DNA from: Zygnema circumcarinatum SAG 698-1b
Taxonomy: Eukaryota; Plantae; Zygnematophyceae
NCBI GenBank assembly: GCA_037447605.1
Contig: CM074811.1
Location: 744,001 to 808,000, forward strand
Length of the DNA: 64,000 nt
Direction: 5' to 3'
Part shown: in pieces, positions 49,607 to 62,662 of the stretch
Layout: every line of letters starts with the position of its first letter
Numbering within the stretch: position 1 is the first letter of the stretch
Notes under the pieces: model-generated
Told to the model about the DNA's origin: nothing
Databases searched by the model: none
The model's input: the letters and a program-made list of their open reading frames with translations, nothing else
Made by a program: the position numbers and the translations under genes

Positions 49607-49910
49607 CTCTCTTTCTCCCTCCCTCTCTCTTCCCCTCTTTCTCCTCCCCTTCCTCGCTCTTCCACTCTCTTCCCCCCTCTCCTCCCTCTTCCTCTCTCGT
49701 CCCTCTTCCTTTTCCCCACCGCCCCCCCCCCCCCGCGCCCCCTCCCTCTCCCCGCCTCTCTCTTCCTCACTACCTGGCTCTCTTTTCTTGTTCACCTCTT
49801 TTCCATTTCCAATCAGATGGGCACTTCCGTTGGAACGAGCGAAGAGTGGGAGCGGGGAGTGAGATCACACGACATACAGCGCTCGGCTGGAAAAGGCCCA
49901 CAGCAGCCTT

Positions 49911-52806
49911 TCAACCTACAGAGAGCAGAAGCGTCCTCATAGCGGCCTTGAAGTCTCTCTCAAACCTCTCTTCAGAAAACTGCGAAGCTCTTCTGCGGGC
50001 AGCCGCAGCAACCTTCTCTCTCTCCCTCTTCGACATGGAAAACACGCGCCTAATTGCTGCTGAGAACTCCTCCGCAGTAGTGGCAAGAAAACCAGTGGGT
50101 TCTCCGTCATCCTCTACCACAATGTCCTCCTTTGGACCTCCCGAATTGTGGGCTGTCAGCAAATAGAGAAACGTCGAAAGCAAAGAAATTGGTACTGTTA
50201 AAGAGCCTTCCAATATTTTTTTGAGTTTGAAGGTGAAGTAGAGCTATTCTCTAAGTTCAAAAGATGACTGATCAGTTCAGTTCAGTTCTGTAAGTTAGCT
50301 CTTCTCCTTCAGCCTCCTTCCCTACAAGCTCAAAACCCCACAACCTGAAACGAGCTGTACGACTAGACTATATAAACTGGAATCTATAGACTATATGGTT
50401 TTCAGCTGGTCTACGTTTTCTGGACCTGTCGAGTATCAAGAGAGAGGGAGGGGCCCACCAATGGGAATGACTCCCGCTGCCATGTACTCCACCACACTTA
50501 TTCCGAAGTGCTCGTCAGTCATCGCGTGGAGGCCGGCGGTAGCTCCACCAAGGAGCTGTTGAAGCTCACTGTAACAAAAGCATAATGGAAAAATGAATGG
50601 TAAAATAAAAATATATGGTAATAATTAATATGCATATAAATATATACACACACAGACACACACACGTATATACATATATAAGCTCTCTCACACAAGTCCG
50701 ACCTCCTACCTCTCCTTCCAAGCCAGCAGGTTCTCCCCATAGGAATACGCGGCAGATAACTGCAGAAAGTGTTTCTTTACTTCCAGCAACCCCCTTCAAC
50801 CTTCCCTCCCATAAAGTCATTTCCAGCCAATGTTTCTCACCTGTACGGTACATTCATGCAAAATTCCACCCTGCTATCAATCCCAAGCTGTACAGTCAGA
50901 CTGCTGAGCATGTCTATGCGCCGTTCATCCTCAACATGCCGACAGCTTCCCACCAGCTTCAGCTTCACTCCCTCCATGGCTGCGCCTCCCTCCTTCACAG
51001 CCATGGAAAATGCTCGCAGCTGCAGAGCATGGGCCTGCAGGTCCTCAGTTTGCCAAACAAACACAAAATCTTAATGTACCATAGAACCTCTATGTCGTTG
51101 GACCGGACTTAATTGTTCTTGTGGCTTGCAATCAAGAAAACCTTAGTATACCCTGAAAGAAGCGTGCGAGCTTCAAACTCCGAAACCCAATAAGCCCTAA
51201 AGACTCTACACAAATTGCGTACCTTTTCAGGACGAAACTGGGCCACTGAGATAATGTAGCGATTTGTGCCACTTGGTCTCTCTAGTGGCAATCCCTGCAA
51301 TGAAAGTGTATCACATGGAGGATAAACTCGAAAAATCTTTTTGGGCTCATTCCAGAGTTCTCTAATATGTGCCTCCGTCCACGAGGAGTTCACCATCGCC
51401 ACAGAAGTGAAGCCACCCACAAGGCCATAAAGCCATGCCATTAGTCGGTAGTACTGGATTTTGGATTTGGATAATACTCCACTGCATGGAGGCATGTAGA
51501 AAAATTGGCGTAAGAGCGAGAGAAGGGAGAGAGTTGGAGAGGGGGGTAAGAGAGCGGGCGAGAGAGAGGGCGACAGATTCGCAGCAGCAAGATTCCAAGG
51601 GGCCCAAATGCTCAGGCCAATTGCCTGCTTGGGCTGACTCCATCAACTTCTTTTAGTTTTCTCCACAGTTAAAGCACTTAAATTTCTTTTGTGTATCACA
51701 TCAGGAAAATGGCCGCAGCGTTTGTGTTCGAAAAATTCGAACCTCTTGGCGATGTTATCGCTGTTGTTGTAGAGAGGCTGCCTCTCCTTCACCCTGTTGA
51801 GCATGTCGGTGCTTATTGTCGGGTAATGTACGTAGCACGCAACTCTGCATCCATATAAAGCTGCTAAGGGATATGTGAAGGCATAGCCGGTAGTGTCTAC
51901 AAAAACGGCGGGAGAGAGGATCCAAAGTGCTTCCCAGGCGAGCACCATCGAGCCAATGCTCTGCCCCAATAATGTGAAAAAGGGATAGGTGGCAGCCTCG
52001 CTCCATACTCCCTTGTCAAGGTGCACAACCTGCAATGCAGTTCGCTTTAATATATTAAGAGTGAGGAGATTGACGATCCAAATTCTCAAACTTTTGTTGC
52101 AAATGTAGTGTTGCTGAGAGGTTTCTGATTTGAAATTTGAATTCGAAGTTCAACCATCATGTAGTTTTGTAAATAGCGTGAATGTGTTCTTCAGCAGGTA
52201 AGCTGTTTTATAATGTGGAAGGGGGAGGCGTATTTTAAGCTTCAGCGACGAAGCATTGGTGGTCATGGCTCCCAAAATCCGTAGCCCTAATCTAAACTTA
52301 AGTATGAAAAATAAAAAACTTCATCTGAACTTTACTTTATTCACAACCCAGCCTCAAATTACGCCCAATATTTCTTCCAAAAACGCCTCAACATTAACCC
52401 TTCCTCTCCCACCAAATAGACGAAAAATGAAATAGTAACACCTATGACAATACCAGCACCAGCCGTCCCCCTCCAACTCTCCCAATACCTCGATCGGACG
52501 GTGGAGACGCACTCCAAAGCTCCGCAGAGCCCTCTCCGCCGTCGATTCCGGCCCTGCGTCCTTCTCGCACGTGTAAAGGACGCAGCGCAGGGAGGGCGCC
52601 ATGGCCTGCACGGAACGGATACTGCACCATAGAACGCGCTCCCCTCCGCCGCCATGGCCGGAGAAGGGGTGGAAAAAGGCGACAACGCCTTTCTGGCGCC
52701 TGCGGCGAAGCAGACCCAGCAGGACAGCTGCAAGGAGGGCAGCTATGGCGGGCAGGAGGGCCAACACAGGCCATGGAGTGCTCAATATGGACGCCATAGT
52801 GGGCAT
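49911..52806 (-). CDS. ALG11: GDP-Man:Man3GlcNAc2-PP-Dol alpha-1,2-mannosyltransferase (GT4), 6 exons, ~469 aa
   Basis: Exons 52806-52489, 52029-51743, 51481-51223, 51034-50841, 50568-50459, 50152-49911. Motifs [52 protein letters not shown] (EX7E), AHNSGGP. The start could instead be Met at 52797. Confidence 0.96.
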
Positions 52807-53403
52807 TTTTCTGCGCTGGGAGCGCAACTTTCTGTGATGTTAGGGTTCGATGGTGTTCTTAGAGCATAGCGAAGTGTCCGTGCAGCGCTGCTCGTTCTGT
52901 TTGTTTCGGAAAGAATGCTGTCTGTCCGAGCTTTCTCACTCGCTCTCTCAATCCTTTACTCCCTCTGCTCTCTTTCTCCCTTTTCCTACCCTCTCACTCC
53001 CTACCACCATCTCTCTCACGTGCTATTTAAGGACTCACTTTCTTGCCCTCTCGCCTTCTGTCACTCCCCTCCCCCCCTCTCCTCTCTCCCTCCCCTCTCA
53101 CCCTCCATGTTTGAAACATTACCGTTGCTATTTCTGAGTCTACATGGAACTGTTCTACGAAACAGCGTCCAGTCTCATTCACCTGTACGATTTCGTACAG
53201 TCGACGTGGTGTCCGTACACAAATAGTGACCATTGACGAAAAGTCGAAACCCTTCACCTTCGATGCCCTTTCCAGATCCCGAACGTCACCTGCCACGTGG
53301 ACCCTTCCCATTGACCCAAGGTGACGTCACTCCTTGGTTCGTCCCTATTGCTGAACTCTGGAGGGGCCGTCCTGCAGCGGCTCCGCCTATTGCTGAAGAT
53401 CAA

Positions 53404-53586
53404 GCAATGGGAAAACGCCACGTGTCAATTTTGTACACGGCGGACCATGATTGGTTTTTGCTCAAGTTTAGTTCACAGCAGAGGCTTGGATCAAAATATC
53501 CAATGGGAGCACGCCACGTGCTATTTCTACAAGTGGCAGACTATGGTTGGTCCTTTCTCGAGTTTAGTTCACAGCAGAGGCTTGCA
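53404..53586. promoter_or_regulatory. ~96-bp duplicated unit, each copy with a G-box (GCCACGTG), in the ALG11/PGM divergent promoter
   Basis: CACGTG at 53419 and 53515. Both copies end in AGTTTAGTTCACAGCAGAGGCTTG. Regulatory function is inferred. Confidence 0.5.
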
Positions 53587-53941
53587 TCTGCAGCTCCCAT
53601 CTCCGTTTCAAGAAAAAAGGTTCTGCAGCACTTGGTCGCTCTCTGCAGGCAGTGGCAGAGGGAAAATTCCGAATGCAATAGTGAAGTTTCTGCACTGAAT
53701 AGGTTGGATATCCTGATTATTTGTCGCCTGGTTTTCCTGCATCATTCGATATCGTCAAAATTACTTGCTAGCTCCCAAGAGCAAGGTTTATTTTCTTGAG
53801 CCTTTGCTTTCAGATTGTTTCGTATCAGATTGCTCCTCTGAAGTCTTAAGTAGAAATTATTTTATTTTAGTTTTTCTGAGCAACTTGAACCGTTTGAAGG
53901 CTGTCCTGAAACCGCAGCCTATCTTGGCACAGCACAGACCA

Positions 53942-56900
53942 ATGGCAGGTTTGTTTGTTTTTTTTTTTGTCTCTTTTTTTCTTGAACCTTTCGTGCTTCC
54001 TTCAACCTTTTGTCTCGCATTTTCCGTTCTCGTTCCTTGTTGGAAAAACTAGCGAGGTGAAAAATATGTTGCCTGCTGTTTGATGGACACACACACCACG
54101 TGGAAATTAATATTAGTCTCACTGAAACATTTTTTTATCTGAAAAAACTGCTCTTTGTAAGTGGCACCTTCTAGTTTCATGTATGGCAAGTCACTTGCAA
54201 ACCTCTGCATTTTTCAAGCATGTTTTTACTGGTCTCTTGGTCTGTCGTGGAAGGTCCCTCTCTCATCTATGCTGCCATAAGAGCAGGTCATGAGCAGGCA
54301 GTTCGATGAGTATGCATTCCGTCAAGCGTGGTAATGAACACGAAGTTTGTACTTTCGATGAATTCTGTTGATACTTTTGAAGAATGCAGCAGACAATGCC
54401 GTAGCCATCATTTCTTGCATTCAATACAATATGGAAGGATGAGCGACAGCATATCTGATGTAGCCAGACTATATAGTGTATCGTCCTGATCTTTTATTCA
54501 AAGCTGCACCAATGTAGTATCGGCCGCGCAGATAGTATGCCTCCCACTGACTTGGCAGAGAGTTCGTCTCTTGTGCCCACCTTGCGTGTCGAAAATGATA
54601 AGCAGGAGCAGTCGCTCCCTCCCACAGTCTCGCGCTCTCTCGCTCTTCCTCCCTCTCTCTCTCTCTCTTCCTCCCTTTCTCTCTCTCTCTCTTTCTCTCT
54701 CCACCTTACGAGTCGAAGACGATAAGCAAGAGCAGCCGGTACACTTACGTTTTTTTTTACAAGACAGAAAAAATGCGTGTTAGGGATTGACCCACTCTGC
54801 AAGTGGTTCCAAATGCCTTGCTTCGATGCAGCTGTTTCTTGGAATCTTCCTGGCAGCTGCTTAGCTCTCAACCAGCAGGAGACGAAGCCGTCAAACTTGC
54901 GGCCCGGCTCAGGCGCCTCCTTCAATCGCTGGGCGACAGCTGGCAACAAGGAGGTTCCTGATTCGCTGCGGGTTGGCGCGACTCGTCTCCGTCAGACTCG
55001 CCTGAAAAAGCAGCCACTCAATCAAACCTGCTGTGGTTAGTCTTCTCCACAGAAGCCTCAGTTCAACCTCAGACAATCACATAAAGGACGTACACATACA
55101 GAAGTATATTCAGTGTTCTCGCATTTAGTAGAGATCCTAATTCGGATTTCAAGCTTCAAGAGGCATGTTTAACATGTATATATAGAAAAAGTGATGGTTG
55201 TTGTGGGCGGGGGAACAGAAAGGTTTAAAACGGTTTAATCTGCTCATTTGAACTTTGTATATAGCTTATTTATTGCGCATAATTATTGCGGTGACGTTGC
55301 TCGATTTCAACGAGTTCAACTTTTGTCTGGAAGCAGACTGCACTCTGTCGAACTAGTACAGAGAGGACAAGCGGGAGAGGCATGCTCCCATTTTCTTAAT
55401 TGCACAAGTTGGAAAAGCCCCACATTGCTCTTTGAGATTTATCCCCAACGAATAGAAAAATGAAATCCCAGTCGCTGGGCATAACTGGGACAACTTCAGC
55501 CAACATTGATTTTTTGGAGTATTGCATTGGCGAACTGAAAGCTTCATTCTCGTGATATCATTCACGTGAGAAAGAGTGCTCAAAGGAAGCAAGAACCAAG
55601 CAAGCACATTGTGTACAGTCAAGCATATACCATGGAAGCTCTTGAGAAAAGGGAGATTTTCTTTGAAAGTCGATCTATGAGATCTCTCTGATTGAATAGG
55701 AATGAATCTATGAAAAAGCTTATAGGATTGTTGTAGTATGCTGACTATGCAGCCGGCCCTAACTGACTTTGTGCTAGTATCCGAATGGCGGAATGTAAGC
55801 AGAAGGTTATGTCCAATGTCAAGGGGAGATTCCTGTAATTATTTTTTCTTATCATTCTGCGTCAAAGAACTGCAACAGGTTCCAGGAAGTATGCAAAATG
55901 TGATGTTTGTAATCTCTTTGAGAAGGAGTTTAAAGGATGGATGAGAATCTATGTACGCTTGCTCTGAATCAACTCATCTGCTTACGTGTGCAGCCTCTGT
56001 CTCCACTGAAACGATGTCCACTGCATTTGAGACGGTGGACTTTAAGAAGCTGCAGAATGGAAGGTGAGAAATGTACTGCTGACCACCCTTGGATGTTGTG
56101 CGAGCGAAGTCAAGGGCCTTCCGCTGATGCTTTTTTCTTCACGTTTTTGTTCTACTTCCTCTCTTACCTGCAGGGCTAGTTGCTGACAGTGGTGCTGGAC
56201 TTCTGACTTGAATTTCTCTCTGAATTACCACTTAACTAGCTCTTTCATTGATTTGCGAATAGCTAGTAATGCAGCCATGAAACCACCAGTCATAGCTTCT
56301 AGCGAATGCAGCGAAAGCATAACCTCCTCAAGACCACAGTTTCTATGAGTGTTAAGTGTTTGCCCTTCCAAAGAAGAAAGAAGAAATAGATGTAGACGCA
56401 AGTGATGATGCTGATGGTGGTGATGATGATGACGATGGTTAAAGAAGGAACGGGTGCTTCTTGCAGTGATATTCGCGGAATTGCTGTGGAGGGAGTGGAG
56501 GGCGAATCCGTGAACCTCACTGAGCCCGTGGCTGAAGCAATTGCTGCCGGCTTTGCTAAATTTCTCGTATCGAAGCTTCCCGGAAGCAGTGGGCGGGCAC
56601 TGAAAATTTCTGTCGGCCACGATTCGCGAGTTTCCGCTTCCTCTCTACAGGTCAGGAAGGGGGGGGGGGAGGGGGGGGGNNNNNNNNNNGGGGGGGGTTG
56701 GGCGTTCAATCTCTGAAAGCAAGTTCCAGCAATAGTTTTAGAGTGAATTCTTTTTCTTTATTCAGAACCATTCTAGTTTGCTAACCAGTTGCATGGCGAA
56801 CTTTTTACTTTCTTTCACACACATAAACACCCCCACACAAAAGAAACAAAAAAAACGAGGGGGAATCACCCACATTTGGCATTGTATTGTCACCAAACAC

Positions 56901-59900
56901 TCTTAACCCACAAAGACCTCTATGGCAGGCTGCGGTCGGTCGAGGGCTGGCCGGTGAGGGTGCTGACGTCATCACGTACGGCCTGGCCTCAACCCCCGCC
57001 ATGTTCAACAGCACCATCACAGAAGCAGAGCAGCTTTATTGCCCTGCAGACGGGGCAATCATGATTACGGGTAAACTTTGTACTATGAAAAAGGGCACAT
57101 GTTTAGTTTCTTTGGGTGTTACCGAGCTTGTTTGCAAAGTCAATATGTGTGTTTTTTTACTTAGAGACCATTGTTGGTTCTTACATCACATTGTTCGGAG
57201 AATCCCAGCATCTTTAACAGTTGCATCGAGAAGATTCATTCAACATTGCTAAGTTCTGGATCATTATGCAATCAACAGCATATTCAAGCTTTTTTCTGTT
57301 AGTCAAATCTAGACTCTCCCCCACTCAATTCCATTCCCCCCCCCCCGCCCCCCCTTCCCTCCCTCATCTCTTTTTTTTTTTTTTTTTTTTTTTTCCCTTT
57401 CAGCCAGCCACCTCCCCTTCAATCGGAACGGCCTCAAATTTTTCACAAGCTCAGGGGGGGCCAGCAAGAGTGATATTTCGGCCATTCTTTCCAATGCTGC
57501 TGAAGTGTATAAGTCTATGAGCCCCGAAACTGTGAAAGCGAATGAGCAGAAAGCGGCAGAAGTGACTAAGTCAGTTAACTACATGGAGCGCTATGCGGCT
57601 GACTTGGTGGCTGCTGTACGAAAGGGGGCTAATGGAGTAGGTAAGGCTTCTAAATTTCCAGCTCCGATTCCTCAAATGCCCTATGAACCCTTCTTCGAAA
57701 GACAATTTAATGACTGAATAATTCTAAGACAATTTAATGACTGAATAATTCTAAGTTAGAGTATGAAAAACCTGTCTTTCATTCATCGGCTTGTTGGAAC
57801 AGTCAGATTTCCTTACAGTTTCAATTTTGATGTTTAGTTTCTCAGTCAGCCGTTAGGTGTCCAGGTTAACGAAAAGTGATTTATGTATTCTATGCCTATA
57901 TAGTCTGCCTATCGAACGATATATGGGAATAATCGATATATAAGACCAATCTTTTCATTCATCAAATGCTTCTGACACCCTAAAACCCATAGACCCTAAA
58001 CCCTAAACACTATTCTGAACCTTTAACCGCTTGAGCAGAATGTTTTGTCAAACGCCGAACTCCGGATTCTATGGAATTGATGGATTATAACTTTGTACTG
58101 GTGCTTGCTTTGCTCACACTCAGCTAAAACACAGTCATGAGAGTGAACTGAAACAGATCTGAGGACTGAGGACGCATTTGTTTCAGTCAGTCTGCATGAT
58201 GACTTGACTGACGAGTTGGTGTGAATCGTTTTGTGTGGTAGACCGACCTCTGGAGGGATTTCACATAGTGGTGGATGCTGGCAACGGAGCTGGTGGTTAT
58301 TTCGCGGTGTGCTGCTTCCCCTCTCCCTGCTCTCCCGCCCTCTCCCTCTCCCTCTCGCTCTTTTTCGTGTCGCCCTCCTCCTCCCTCCCCGCAATTCACT
58401 CCCTCGCCTTCCCATCCTCCTCCTACTCTCTTTCTTCTTCCTGTCTGGTCTCCCCTGTTTGAGAAATGGTTGGGGGTCTCAATTCCACTTGCTTCAAGAA
58501 GGCATGAGTGAAGTTATCCGTTAGATTATGAGATTATGCTCGCCTTCATCCTCTCATTGTATATGATTGGAATCTCTTCCTTTTTGAAGATCCTTCACAC
58601 CACTCTCAAGGGCGACTGCTGCATACCTTGAACCATTGTTTTCTTTACTCCTCTCTCCTTCACAATCCGCCCTTTCTCCTTCTCTCCATTGACGCCTCAT
58701 ACATTCCTCTCCTTATTCCTTCCCACTCCCTCTCTCTTGTCCTCTCTGTTCAGTCTTCGTCCGCAATCTTATAAGGCTGTTGGGGTGATGGGAGTGGGGC
58801 AGGCCGGCGTTTTGGAGCCCTTGGGAGCAAGTACAAGTGGGAGCCAGTTCCTGGAACCCGATGGTAAGCATCATCCTCCTCCTATTTAATGCCCTTATAT
58901 AACGTACTATAATCATCGCCACTTTAAATACCCGCCCTACGTTTCCACGTTTACCAGAGGATGTTTTAACTATAGGTATTTGTATTCTCAATTTAAGGAG
59001 TCCTATTCCTGGCTTTGCTGGGCAGCTGGACTTCCAATGAAAGCCTCAGGGTGGGTTTGTTTTTTTTCTGAATAAGATTGGTTTCCCCGTCAGGAAAATA
59101 AATGCGTGTCCTTCAACTGCAGGTCAATTTAGACAGTGTATAAAGGATGCATCAACATCAACATTAGGTTTTTCCTATATTATACGTTCTGTACATTATT
59201 TCTGTTTTGTATGGACAAAATCCTTTTTTTTTTTGCGCTTCTCAGGGGGGCAAAGGGCACTGGAAGGTGCAGGGATGTTTCCGAACCACATTCCAAACCC
59301 GGAAGATAAAAAGGCAATGCAGATGATCACACAGGCAGTGCTGGACAATAAGGCGGACTTGGGCATCATATTCGATACGGATGTAGACCGGTAAGCACTC
59401 TGTGCATAGCTCATGTATGGCTCGTGGTGTGAAAGAGAGGGGTTTCAATGAGGATTGGGAATTATTGACGGGATTGTAAAGCCATTTGAGTGGATAAGCA
59501 GTTTAGCATGGTTGTACATGAGATGGGTCCACATTGTATTCGAACATAGACATTTCATATACTGTACTATATTGAGTTTGCATCCTTTTTTTTGCCCAAA
59601 TCGTCTGCATCCGCACTTTGCTGTTCAGGGTGCCCCCTGAGCCTTTTTCCTATCATTTCTGTCAAGAAGCCATCGACTCCACAATAAGAGTACTCTGTAG
59701 ATATCGGGAAAGGTGGCTGATTCCTCATATGGGCTATATGCTGCTGCTTTTTCGGCTTTCCCTTTTGCAGAGCCGCAGCGGTGGATAGCAGTGGGGAGGA
59801 GCTCAACCGCAACCGACTGATTGCCCTGATGTCTGCGCTTGTGCTTGCTGACGTAAGACACTCTCTTCGAGATAGCAGGCCTGCACTCTCTTCTCTTTTG

Positions 59901-62662
59901 GGAATTTCGGGTGATACATTGATTGATAGAATACATGGACCAAGCGCGCCTACTTTAGCAAAGGAATGCGTCGCACTATTGAATGGGAAGAACTGCGGAG
60001 GTCTTAATGCTTATCAAGAAAAACTATTGGGGCTTGTATGCGTAGGGTGCGTAAGCATGGCCTTTTGCAACTGCGGGTTCAGAGTTTACTTTATTGAGGT
60101 TGAGCTTCGGCTTATGTTTGGGGGGAGCCGTGGTAATGTGCAGCATCCTGGAACGACAGTGGTGACAGATAGTGTTACTTCTGATGGGCTTACAGACTTC
60201 ATTGAGAAAAAGCTTGGTAAAGCCATCCGATCCTCCATATAAAGCAAGGTTATTTTGATGATCGGACATTGTTGTATCGACTAGATCAGGCTAAGGGAGA
60301 TTGTGAATTTATAGCTTAGGATGATATGTAATTTGTGAGAACTATGGCATAGGAGAGTCTTACAATACTCAACCTCGAGGGGACGTTGGACTTTTCGAAA
60401 AAATTATGGTAGTCTTTGTTTGGCTGTTACAATTACTGGCTGGAGATTAGCCGTACGCTTTTTTTTTTGTTTATCATGGTCTTAGAAATCTTAAAGTGTT
60501 CTATGAACAGGAGGGAAACATCTCCGTTTCAAGCGCGGTTACAAGAACGTTATCGATGAGGGCATTCGACTGGTGAGAGACCCTTTTGTTTGAGGGAAGA
60601 GAGGGAGAGAGGGAGGGAGAGAAATTGGGAAGGAGGGAAGGACGAAGATTACAAATGAGAAGCGCATTGGGAAAGAGGTGTAGAGGGGGTAGAAAAGTGG
60701 GAGAGTATTGGGAGTGAGGAAGGAACTTATTCAAAGGGCCTGTTTCGATATATCACTTTTTCTTATCTTAGGAAGGCATGTAGATCACTGTTTCTCCAAC
60801 CAACAAGGGAAGGAGGAAGAAATCAAGTAAAGGACGAGGATCGCATGGAAGGAGAAGTATTTTGATAAAATACTCCATTACTCTTTTACTGATCGACCCA
60901 AACCTTTTGTTCTTTTGGTTTTCGGCTCATATAGAACACCGTTGGGGAGGAATGCCATCTGGCCATAGAAACGAGCGGCCACGGAGCCCTTAAGGAGAAC
61001 CATTGGCTCGATGACGGAGCCTATCTCATGGTAGGAACTACCACTTTCTTCTCAACTTTCTAGGCTTCTTCTGCTGGTAGCTCTGCTTGCCTCCTGTACT
61101 CGTACCTAGTAACTATAAGGTCTCGGATTTCAGTTTCCCCCCTTCCTCTCTATCAACCTATCTGTCAAAGAAGTTTGGGTTGGCCCATATCTTTTGACAT
61201 CGGACCTCTTTAACTTTCTTTTGGGAGGATCAGAAGGGGTGGAGGGAATTCATGCCTTACACTTCCACCATCTCATGGACAAAATAGGGAATTTACTAAA
61301 ACGAGACGAAATTGGGGGACCTCCTGAGTTATGAAGTTTTCCATCCGTACTACTGTTGTGGGGTGAGAGAGCAGGTGAAGCTTCTCATCAAGTTGGCGGC
61401 TGCTTCTACCGCTGGAGAGGGAAAGGGCAGCAAAGTATTGACAGGTCTAATAGAAGAACTACAAGAAGCAGCCATCACCTCTGAACTCCGCTTCAAAATC
61501 AATGAAACTCATCCCGATATTCCGGCAGGGTTAGTTATTTCTCTCTCCAAATTCGACCCAATTCGACTTTCCCTTCGATCTTTTTTGCATTTGGCTTTTT
61601 TTTCATCTATTTGAGGAGCTGTTCTCCTGGTTCATCTCTATGTCTGTCCAGATAGCCTTCTCTCTGCCTGGAAAGGAAGAACTCCATTCGTATTCAGTGC
61701 ATATTATATTGGGTGAGCGCTGAGAGAGAGAAGAGTGAATGGAGGGATGCAGGGGCTTCCGAGAGTATGGGGAGAAAGTGCTGGTAGCTCTTGACCAAGA
61801 GTTAGCATCCAACAGTGAATTGACGAAGGCTCCAGTCAACTATGAAGGGGTAAGTCTCTGCTCTCTCGTCATTGCTTCCTGTGTACCGATTTTGATTATT
61901 GAGGATCGCGATAAATCATTAAGAAGCTCAAATGATAGTTTGAAGTCGTACCGTGCTTCAGACCTATTCCGTGTATGCCAATCTCTCTCAGATGATCCCT
62001 TAAAACCATAAGGGCAGCTAGGTATTAGGTCAAATGACGCATTAATTCCGCATACTATGAAGGAGATTTCTAGGGTTCAGGCCTATGCGTTCGGTAACCT
62101 TGGCCTCTTTCGAGGTTTAAACGGACTGCGATTACATGTGATCCGTTTCAGGTGCGAGTGTCCGGGCATGGAGGATGGTTCTTGCTCCGCCTCTCTCTGC
62201 ACGATCCCGTGCTGCCTCTCAACATTGAGGTATGTGGATATGGCTAAAAAAATGTCCAACTTCAAACTTCTTAACTCTATAACTTCTTAACTTCTTCGTC
62301 CCAACTCCTTAAGTTCGTTCAAACTTCTTAATGTTCTTGCACTTGACGAGAATGCTCGGTGATGAAGGGCACGTGTTCGAGGCGATGCCCTGACTGACCC
62401 CCTTCCTTTCTTTTTAACTTATGAATGTTTTTGTTGGGTAGCGTATTCAGCCTTTACACCATTACACCATTCGGCATATTTAGTGTGGGCCACCCTCTGC
62501 TTCTATATTAAAGTTGAAGAGGATGTTTGTTTTTGTGTATTATCTGTGCAGGCACCTTCAGAAGAAGCAGCGAAAAAACTCGGTGAAGGAGTACTGAAGG
62601 TGGTGAAGAAGTTTCCGGCTTTGGATATATCTCCTCTTGAAAAGTACCTCGCTATTGCCTGA
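53942..62662 (+). CDS. Phosphoglucomutase/phosphomannomutase (alpha-D-phosphohexomutase) family protein with a probable plastid transit peptide, 17 exons, ~613 aa
   Basis: Exons 53942-53948, 54832-55035, 55994-56063, 56467-56650, 56929-57070, 57404-57640, 58242-58306, 58803-58863, 59273-59390, 59771-59852, 60144-60216, 60511-60572, 60935-61030, 61375-61529, 61753-61849, 62152-62229, 62552-62662. Motifs LQNGSDIRG, GHDSR, phospho-Ser loop TASHLP, metal loop FDTDVDR, ETSGH. The first two exons are less certain. Confidence 0.92.

Noticed and set aside
53233-53799. 188-aa ORF between ALG11 and the PGM-family gene
   Set aside because: It mirrors the 96-bp promoter duplication, with no recognisable motifs.
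54580-54740. ~35-bp direct repeat flanking a CT tract, and a ~26-bp tandem repeat at ~57700-57750
   Set aside because: These are small intronic slippage duplications with no evident function.
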